This document shows positions 56,964 to 64,000 of a DNA stretch of 64,000 bases, piece after piece (position 1 is the first letter of the stretch; every line of letters begins with the position of its first letter). The stretch is from positions 1 to 64,000 of the forward strand of contig JBCNVB010000003.1 in assembly GCA_039630415.1 (NCBI GenBank). Reading direction: 5' to 3'. The notes under the pieces are model-generated. The model was not told the DNA's origin. It saw only the letters and a list, made by a program, of their open reading frames with translations, and made no database searches. The translations under genes and the position numbers were made by a program. This DNA is from a bacterium (GTDB taxonomy: Bacteria; DRYD01).

Positions 56964-57879
56964 CTTGGTTATATGCCCTAAGTGCAATACCGAAAATCAA
57001 GATAATTACAACTACTGCTACAATTGTGCTTTTCCTCTTAAGGAAAAAATAAGGGAAAAGGAAATAACTAGACTAATGGGAATAGCTATAGGATACGAAA
57101 TTGTAAATCTATTTGATAAAGCTGCCGAAATATATGAAACTATAGTCCAAGAAAAACCTAGCTATGCTGACGTAAGATACAAATTAGCTTTAATCTATGA
57201 GTTACAGGGTAAGTATGAAAAGGTAATAAAGCAACTTCAAGAAGCACTTACCATAAACCCTGATTTTATCCAGGCAAGAATTAAGCTTGCTAATATTTTG
57301 ATGACTCTGGGAAACTATCAAGAAGCACTCATAGAGTACAAAACCGTTCTCACCACAAAAATAAAATATAACTTCGCAGACATATACAACAATATAGGGA
57401 TAATATATGAAAAAATGGGAAATATAAAACAAGCAAAAGCATACTATATGAAATCAATATCAATGAATCCCAAATTTGCAAAACCTTACTACAATTTAGG
57501 AAATGTCATGTTTGCAAAGGGAAACTATGATATGGCTATAATTAACTACAGAAAAGCTATAAGCTTGAAGTTTGAAGTTCCTGAAGTATATAATAACCTT
57601 GCTTTGGCTATGTATAAGCAAGGAAACATGAAAGAAGCTGAACAGAATCTATTAAAGGCAATAGAAATAGATAAGAATTTTTTTGAAGCTTACTACAATT
57701 TAACACTAATCTACCTTCAATCCGAACAACTTCAAAAAGCAAATGAAATTATTCAACAAATTAAACAAAGATTTGCCTACAGTCAAGATATAAATTACCT
57801 TGAAAAAACTATTGAAAAAAAGTATAAGGAAAAGTACAAAAAAGAGCAAATTAATAATATAGAGAAAACAATTAAATGA
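56950..57879 (+). CDS. Zinc-ribbon + TPR repeat protein
   Basis: CPKCNTEN.....YCYNC followed by multiple TPRs (YNNIG, YYNLG, YNNLA). Confidence 0.85.
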   Translation: MIIHNLVICPKCNTENQDNYNYCYNCAFPLKEKIREKEITRLMGIAIGYEIVNLFDKAAEIYETIVQEKPSYADVRYKLALIYELQGKYEKVIKQLQEALTINPDFIQARIKLANILMTLGNYQEALIEYKTVLTTKIKYNFADIYNNIGIIYEKMGNIKQAKAYYMKSISMNPKFAKPYYNLGNVMFAKGNYDMAIINYRKAISLKFEVPEVYNNLALAMYKQGNMKEAEQNLLKAIEIDKNFFEAYYNLTLIYLQSEQLQKANEIIQQIKQRFAYSQDINYLEKTIEKKYKEKYKKEQINNIEKTIK

Positions 57880-58502
57880 ACGAAGCATTTAGTAAACTAA
57901 AATCAACGGTGCAATACTACAAAAGAATATTAAGAAAAGATCCCTTTATAGCGCTAAACATAGCACCCATAAACTATATGAAAAATGATAAAATCACAGT
58001 TGATTCAAATCCAAAGGGATTGATAGATCAGAAAGAATTGGATCAAATGATATCCTTTATTCATAGATATGCAAAAGAATACTTATCTTCAATAATTTCT
58101 TGTTTCCAACCATTACCTGCTGTATATGAACAAATAATAAAGGGATCAGCAAAGAAAATTGAAGGTTTAGAAACACATAGAGTTAAAGGTTTCAAAATAT
58201 CAGAACCAAAAGCACAAATATATGAGAATGAATTTGCTCAGAATATATTTGGAACAACTGATACAAATAAACTAAAAGCTGCTCAAAACTACTATTTATC
58301 AGCATCTCATTTTAAAGAAAAAAACTACTACGAATCAAACAAAGCAATACTAGAGTCTTATAAATACGATCCTTCTAACCCATATGTTATTAACAACCTG
58401 TTTATAACTAACTATTTGCTAGGAAAATTTGATGAAAACCAAGAAATACTAAAAATCATGGCTATATTTGGATTCGACGAGGTTGAGTTCTTTGAAAAGT
58501 AG
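57876..58502 (+). CDS. Hypothetical protein with a C-terminal TPR-like unit
   Basis: ATGA-coupled ORF; DPSNPYVINNL....YLLG TPR-like motif. Confidence 0.6.
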   Translation: MNEAFSKLKSTVQYYKRILRKDPFIALNIAPINYMKNDKITVDSNPKGLIDQKELDQMISFIHRYAKEYLSSIISCFQPLPAVYEQIIKGSAKKIEGLETHRVKGFKISEPKAQIYENEFAQNIFGTTDTNKLKAAQNYYLSASHFKEKNYYESNKAILESYKYDPSNPYVINNLFITNYLLGKFDENQEILKIMAIFGFDEVEFFEK

Positions 58503-58523
58503 AAAAAGAAAGGGTGAAAAAAT

Positions 58524-59135
58524 ATGAAGCTTCCTTCAAAAGACTATTATAAGCTCTTGGAAGTAAGTCCATTAGCTTCAACAGAGGAAATACAACAGGC
58601 TTTCAGAAAATTGGCTCGTAAGTACCACCCAGATACCACCCAAAACCCCGTAGAAAAGAAAAGACTACAGGAAATCTATCAACAACTAGTAGATGCTCAT
58701 CAGTTCCTGAGAGATGAAGAAAAAAGAAAAGAATATGACAATAATGTAATATTCAAATTCAGAACCATAAGTAAGAGTCAGGTAAAGAATAAGGTACAAG
58801 TACAAACCAAACAGGAACCATGGTGGAAAAAAATATTATCGATTGGTAAAAAGGACAAAGAAAAGGATGACCCGGTTAAAAAAGCAGAACAACTATTTTT
58901 CTTAGGTATGAGTCTAACAGCAAGACAAGATCAAAAAATGATACAATCAGCCCTAACTTATTTTGAACAAGCCTACAAATCAAATCCAGAGCTATTGGAA
59001 GCTTTGTTCAATACAGCCCTAGCATACTACAAATTGGGTGATTTTGAAAAAGCAAAAAGTTTACTTAAGGAATATCTTTCCAAAAGGCCATCCGATCAAG
59101 CAGCCGAAATACTATATCGTCTTATAAACTGGTAA
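58524..59135 (+). CDS. J-domain (DnaJ N-terminal) + TPR protein
   Basis: KDYYKLLEV..A..EEI..AFRKLARKYHPD; C-terminal TPR (ALFNTALAYYKLGD). Confidence 0.9.
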   Translation: MKLPSKDYYKLLEVSPLASTEEIQQAFRKLARKYHPDTTQNPVEKKRLQEIYQQLVDAHQFLRDEEKRKEYDNNVIFKFRTISKSQVKNKVQVQTKQEPWWKKILSIGKKDKEKDDPVKKAEQLFFLGMSLTARQDQKMIQSALTYFEQAYKSNPELLEALFNTALAYYKLGDFEKAKSLLKEYLSKRPSDQAAEILYRLINW

Positions 59136-60052
59136 TGATAACTATAATAACCGGTCCAACTGCGGTAGGAAAAACTAACCTTTCCCTAATCCTTGCCCAA
59201 AAAATACCTAACTCCATCATAATCTCTGTGGATAGTAGACAAGTATACAGACTAATGGACATAGGCACTGATAAGGTATCACCATATATCAGAAAGTATA
59301 TCCCACACTATCTAATAGATATCATTAACCCCAATTGCCAATTCTCTGTTTATGACTTTATCAATAAATCACATAAAATAGTGCAATTTGCTATTAAGAA
59401 TAACAAAAATGTTATATTTGTAGGAGGAACTGTATTGTACGTACTTTCGCTTATAGAAGGATACTCTCTCTTACCTACTAACCCCAACATAAGAAAAAAG
59501 TATGAAAATTTATCAACAGAAGAACTTAAAAATCTTTTGGAAAAAATTGATAAAAAATATGCTACAAACTTTCTAAATAAAATAAAAGACAAAAGAAGAA
59601 TGGTCAGAATACTTGAGGTATACGAAATAACTAATCAAAATCCATTAGATCTGTGGAGAAATAATCGAAAAATTCCAATAGATAACATAATAATTCTGCA
59701 AAATCATAGATCAAAAATATATGAAAATATAAACTCAAGAGTAGATCGTCAAATATCTCAAGGACTTGTAGATGAAGTCAAATACATAGTTAAAAAGTAT
59801 CCTGAATATTCAACTTTTAAAAGCCTTAAAACTTTTGGATATTACGAGATAATTCAATACATTAACAGGAATATAACTCTTGAAAGAGCAATAGATCTGA
59901 TAAAAAGAAATACGAGAAGATATGCAAAAAGACAAATTAGTTTTCTGAAGAAAATAAAAGGACATGTAGTCGATTTATCAACTTTCCAAGATAACTTATA
60001 TAGAGCTTCAGAACATATACTACAGTTTATATTCAATCCAAGTAATGTTTGA
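59135..60052 (+). CDS. miaA: tRNA dimethylallyltransferase
   Basis: GPTAVGKT, DSRQVYR.MDIGTDK, VGGT.LY, TRRYAKRQ. Confidence 0.95.
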   Translation: MITIITGPTAVGKTNLSLILAQKIPNSIIISVDSRQVYRLMDIGTDKVSPYIRKYIPHYLIDIINPNCQFSVYDFINKSHKIVQFAIKNNKNVIFVGGTVLYVLSLIEGYSLLPTNPNIRKKYENLSTEELKNLLEKIDKKYATNFLNKIKDKRRMVRILEVYEITNQNPLDLWRNNRKIPIDNIIILQNHRSKIYENINSRVDRQISQGLVDEVKYIVKKYPEYSTFKSLKTFGYYEIIQYINRNITLERAIDLIKRNTRRYAKRQISFLKKIKGHVVDLSTFQDNLYRASEHILQFIFNPSNV

Positions 60053-60983
60053 AGGTACATTACCACAAGCTATTTCTGAACTACAAATACTTGAACCATC
60101 AGAGTATTATACTCTTCCAGATTATCAGTTAAACCAACATATATACTTTTTTGATGGGGTTAAGGAAATAGTTTATCTTAATCAGTTCTACGAAGCTTTA
60201 TGGATTACGTGCATAGGAGGAATCAGAACTATACAACAGCCATGCTTTACAAAAGTCTTCTGCTTCTATGTATATAACTACGTAAATAAACCTAATAACT
60301 ACATATTTGATAAATTATCAACTTACGGAATTAGTTTTAACTCTGTTTTTGAAGAATTCGATCAAGTCTATGAATATGTTACGAGTGTAAAAGATTTGTC
60401 TGTGGACTATGTATTAGGTTTATCACAGCGGGTAGAATATGAAAAAATTGAATCCATACAAAGCTTTACGAATCAAATGATGCTTTATCTGGAAGCGTTG
60501 ATTGTTAATAGATATCTAAACCATGTAGGTGGTGTTGAAAGTATTGTAGTTTCTGATGGCCCACTTAGTAAATTTAATAAGATACCTAAGATGGAAAATA
60601 CGTTAACTTTAGTTGGATTAGTTAAACAGGTTGAGAAGAATTATCTAGCAAATCTAGGAAACGAATATCTGTATAATCTACCATTTTCTAAAAGAACTGC
60701 ATCTTTCTTGATAAAGTATGGAAATATCCATGTTATCAGTTTCTACTTAAATTTAGGGCTCTACTCGCCTAAGATTATAAGATTGGAAATTTTAAAGGGT
60801 AGTGATGAAAAAATTCATCAAGATATACAAAGGCTAGAAAGAGTTGCTAATGTAGTGCTGAAACTATCAGTAGGGCCTAGAATATACCATAGGATGCCTG
60901 AAAATAACCTGGCACTCAACACACTGGAAAAATATCTAAAAAAATATATCCCCCATCAAACAATATTTTCTTACGTTTTTTGA
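60045..60983 (+). CDS. NurA-like nuclease
   Basis: FFDGV, VSDGPL, VGLVK, RT..F, SFYL.L, IRLE, R.P.N...LE..L pattern of bacterial NurA homologues. Confidence 0.6.
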   Translation: MFEGTLPQAISELQILEPSEYYTLPDYQLNQHIYFFDGVKEIVYLNQFYEALWITCIGGIRTIQQPCFTKVFCFYVYNYVNKPNNYIFDKLSTYGISFNSVFEEFDQVYEYVTSVKDLSVDYVLGLSQRVEYEKIESIQSFTNQMMLYLEALIVNRYLNHVGGVESIVVSDGPLSKFNKIPKMENTLTLVGLVKQVEKNYLANLGNEYLYNLPFSKRTASFLIKYGNIHVISFYLNLGLYSPKIIRLEILKGSDEKIHQDIQRLERVANVVLKLSVGPRIYHRMPENNLALNTLEKYLKKYIPHQTIFSYVF

Positions 60984-61619
60984 ATGTCAAGAACATTAGA
61001 ACAACTTATAAATGAGCTTAGAAAATACGGAATTACAGAAAAAACATTAGAGGTATTTAAAGTCATAAAAAGGGAATGGTTTGTTGAGGACAAAGAACAG
61101 GCTTATTTGAATGAAGCTTTACCATTCTTTGGACAAACAACTTCTCAACCACTAGTGATTGCTAATATTATTGATGAACTAGAGCTATCTAAACAAGATA
61201 TAGTACTGGAAGTAGGAACTGGATCTGGTTTCCAAACATGCCTAATTGCTTATCTTGCTTTTAAAGTCTACTCATTCGAAATAGATCATCTAATATATAA
61301 AAAAGCAATTGAAAATATCTCTTACTGCCAAAGTATTATACCAAATCTGAACATCGAAGTTATAAGAAAAGATATATTTAACTCTTACCAAGAAATACAA
61401 GAGATAATCCGGCAAGAAGGTAGAATAGATAAGGCGGTTTTTAGTTTCTCTATAAATAAAATTCCCACTTTTATATCGGAATCAATAAATCTAATAATTG
61501 CCCCCATTGATATAAATCAAAAATATCAAAAACTCCAAAAGATAATTCGGCAAGGAGATAAGACTATTGTTAAGGACTTAGGGTATGTTTCATTTGTCAA
61601 AGCAAGGAGGGAAAAATGA
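60984..61619 (+). CDS. pcm: Protein-L-isoaspartate O-methyltransferase
   Basis: RE.FV.....AY...LP..GQTTSQP, VLEVGTGSGFQT, V.FV. Confidence 0.88.
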   Translation: MSRTLEQLINELRKYGITEKTLEVFKVIKREWFVEDKEQAYLNEALPFFGQTTSQPLVIANIIDELELSKQDIVLEVGTGSGFQTCLIAYLAFKVYSFEIDHLIYKKAIENISYCQSIIPNLNIEVIRKDIFNSYQEIQEIIRQEGRIDKAVFSFSINKIPTFISESINLIIAPIDINQKYQKLQKIIRQGDKTIVKDLGYVSFVKARREK

Positions 61620-62788
61620 TAGAGATAAAAAGAGCTAGTGTTAAGCTAAAAAAAGATATAAAGAATTTATATCAAAAAGTTTATGGAAGCTATTATTCTT
61701 TACCAGAAATTCAGGATGATGATCTCATGGAAGAAATATTGAACGATGAGGATAATGTTTGGGTTGTTGCACAAGAGGATGGTAATATAGTTGGTTCGCT
61801 TATATTTAGGGTAAATAAAGAAATCTCGGTTTGTAAAGCTATGGGAGCCGTTGTTAACCCATCTCACAGAGGTAGAGGTTTATTTTCTCAAATGTTTGAA
61901 TTTGGATTACAACTAATAGATACAGAGATAATCTATGCTTTAACAAGAACAATATCCCCAGAGCCTCAAAAGCTTCTTCTTAAACATAACTTTGTATCCT
62001 TAGGTATTTTCCCAAATGTAAGAAGAGTTTATGCTTATGAGAATCATGGGCTTTATGCTTATATTAAACCCTCCGCATTTCAAAAAAGAAAAAAAATAAA
62101 TGAATTAACATATGAAGTAGCAGCCTTACAAGAAATCTTAAAACAAATAATAATTAATCAGGACTTTCGAAATGGAGCGCTTGAACACTGGAAAGAATTT
62201 GTATACGAGAAAATCAAAATTATACCACGACAAAAGTTTAACATAGAACCTAAAGAAGCTAAAAAAATCGAAACCAAGATAATAAATGTGGAAAAAGATT
62301 ACATAAACGAATATGACTCACTGAGATTTAAGTTTTTCCCTTTTCATAAACCAAACTTCAAGATAATTACAGAATACGGAAGCTTTTACCTACATTTAAA
62401 TATGATAGATAAGCACTGTGCTATCATGGGAATTGATGTTCCTTTGGATGATATTGAAAGACTATACAATCTGTTCTTTAACATACCTTACATAGTTGAT
62501 AAATTAGATGCGAGATATTTGGAAATAGTATCAATGGCTTCTAAACATGTAAATCATTCAATAATTTTGGATAATGGATTCATACCTGCTGCATATTTTC
62601 CATGTTTAATACCCCTAAAAGAAAACAAAAATAAATTTAGGGTCGATGCTGTAATATTTTTCTACCCTTATAACCTCCCACACTTCAAAAAACTGTTTAT
62701 CCCAGATGATTTCAAGGAATATGTCAGGTATGTATATTCGATGATAGTTGAAAAAATCAATCGGGAAATACAAAGTAGTCTACAGTAA
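61616..62788 (+). CDS. GNAT family N-acetyltransferase with a long C-terminal domain
   Basis: VVNPSHRGRGL acetyl-CoA motif A; second GF.PAAYFP segment. Confidence 0.75.
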   Translation: MIEIKRASVKLKKDIKNLYQKVYGSYYSLPEIQDDDLMEEILNDEDNVWVVAQEDGNIVGSLIFRVNKEISVCKAMGAVVNPSHRGRGLFSQMFEFGLQLIDTEIIYALTRTISPEPQKLLLKHNFVSLGIFPNVRRVYAYENHGLYAYIKPSAFQKRKKINELTYEVAALQEILKQIIINQDFRNGALEHWKEFVYEKIKIIPRQKFNIEPKEAKKIETKIINVEKDYINEYDSLRFKFFPFHKPNFKIITEYGSFYLHLNMIDKHCAIMGIDVPLDDIERLYNLFFNIPYIVDKLDARYLEIVSMASKHVNHSIILDNGFIPAAYFPCLIPLKENKNKFRVDAVIFFYPYNLPHFKKLFIPDDFKEYVRYVYSMIVEKINREIQSSLQ

Positions 62789-62804
62789 TTTGTATCACTT
62801 TTGT

Positions 62805-62830
62805 AATTCTCATTAGAGAATTTTTGTTTT
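62805..62830 (+). terminator. Possible weak intrinsic terminator
   Basis: AATTCTC-atta-GAGAATT followed by TTTGTTTT; the stem is AT-rich. Confidence 0.3.
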
Positions 62831-62869
62831 CTGTGTAGAAGAGAGATTTTGAGGAGGGTGAAGGTAGGG

Positions 62870-64000
62870 GTGAGTAAGTTTTGGGGAATAGTTTTTATAC
62901 TAATTTTAGTTTTACTAACTGTAAACGCTAGTGAGAAAACTATAAGTATACTAATAGGTGGTGCTGCAGACGGATGGACAGAAATCGCACAGGAATTTTA
63001 CAACAAAACAGGTATAAAAGTAAATGTCATACAAGGACCTCCTTCTTCTGATGCTAGAGAAATTATGTACTCAATATCATTGCTTACTAAAACCAAAGGT
63101 TTTGATGTAATATACATGGACGTTGTATGGATGGGAAAATTTGCTTCTGCTTCCTGGCTAACTCCTATATCCAGTTTTGTTAATCCTTTAGAGTACTTCA
63201 AGCAAAAAAATTTAGCTGAATCTTGTTATCTCGCTTCTTTGTATGAAGGTGAATACTACTCAGTACCTATTAAAGCTGATGCTGGGCTTCTTTACTACCG
63301 TAAGGATCTACTCGAAAAATACGGATACTCAGTTCCACAAACCTGGCAAGAGCTTAAAAGAATAGCAAAGGAAATAAAGCAAAAAGAAGCTACAGAAGGA
63401 AAACAAATTGAAGGCTTTGTATTCCAGGGTAAACAATATGAAGGGCTTGTTTGTAATTTCTACGAAGTTCTTCGAGGTATGGGATATGAATTAATATACC
63501 AAAACCAGAAAGGATCTTTCTTGGCAGTTAATGAAGACCAACTAACACAAGTATTAGAGTTTTACAGTGAACTAATACAGGAAGGTGTGAGTCCAAGATC
63601 AGTGATAAACTTTGAAGAAGAGGAGTCTAGGATAGTCTTTCAACAAGGTAGAGCAGTGTTTGCTAGAAATTGGCCATATGCCATAAAAATGCTTATGGAA
63701 GACGAAAATATGAGAGATAAATTTGGTGTAGCTATTTTACCAGGTTCAAGTCCAACACTAGGTGGATGGGCTTTGTCTGTATCTAACTACTCTTCCAACA
63801 AAAAAGAAGCCTGGCTATTCATAGATTTTGTTGTAGAAAATGGATTGAAAACCTTATTTCTTAAAAGAGGTGATGTGCCAACTAAAATAGATCTATTCCA
63901 AGATCAAGAAGTAAAATCTAAACTCGAATACTCGGATACCATAATGAGATCAGTTGACTTTTCTAAACCTAGAACGGTGCACCCTCTCTATCCAAGGATA
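62870..64000 (+). CDS. Sugar ABC transporter substrate-binding protein (trehalose/maltose-binding-like), 3'-truncated
   Basis: Not in the ORF track because it runs off the window end. Manual translation: MSKFWGIVFILILVLLTVNA signal, DVIYMDVVW..KFA, DAGLLYYRKDLLEKYG..VP.TW.EL, FQGKQYEGLVC, RNWPYA, TLGGW.L.VS. Confidence 0.88.
   Translation, partial: MSKFWGIVFILILVLLTVNASEKTISILIGGAADGWTEIAQEFYNKTGIKVNVIQGPPSSDAREIMYSISLLTKTKGFDVIYMDVVWMGKFASASWLTPISSFVNPLEYFKQKNLAESCYLASLYEGEYYSVPIKADAGLLYYRKDLLEKYGYSVPQTWQELKRIAKEIKQKEATEGKQIEGFVFQGKQYEGLVCNFYEVLRGMGYELIYQNQKGSFLAVNEDQLTQVLEFYSELIQEGVSPRSVINFEEEESRIVFQQGRAVFARNWPYAIKMLMEDENMRDKFGVAILPGSSPTLGGWALSVSNYSSNKKEAWLFIDFVVENGLKTLFLKRGDVPTKIDLFQDQEVKSKLEYSDTIMRSVDFSKPRTVHPLYPRI

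Noticed and set aside
156-63201. Numerous 60-130 aa ORFs antisense to or nested in annotated genes (e.g. 22012..22404, 15446..15808, 62998..63201)
   Set aside because: Shadow frames of well-supported genes with no recognisable motifs.

Overview
AT-rich, densely coding bacterial chromosome segment. It looks diderm (LolA-like protein, MlaF-type ATPase, autotransporter-like protein, meso-DAP-type MurE) and possibly thermophilic; both points are inference. Gene order is strongly shuffled. Most genes are housekeeping: mnmG, rpmE, speD/speE, era, malQ, gdhA, accB/accC, pdxT, acpP, nuoC, tdh, dacA, gltX, ileS, ribF, truB, murC, murE, miaA, pcm. I saw no rRNA, tRNA, CRISPR array, transposase, integrase or reverse transcriptase. 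Two type IV filament loci stand out. (1) At 48.5-51.8 kb there is a tandem array of five intact GspG-like prepilin paralogs. Two copies share a 137-bp perfectly identical internal tract, and one copy looks like a patchwork of three others, suggesting gene-conversion-driven diversification of an expressed filament. (2) At 0.4-5.3 kb there is a minor-pilin operon (PilV/FimT/PilW/PilX-like) headed by an FG-GAP beta-propeller adhesin, whose ribosome-binding site is locked in a hairpin. Other items worth a look: a diadenylate cyclase translationally coupled to a WYL regulator, WalR-consensus-like direct repeats upstream of cell-envelope genes, a structured rpmE leader, solo Cas4-like and NurA-like nucleases, and an opine dehydrogenase. 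All family calls come from motif recognition by eye; no database searches were run.
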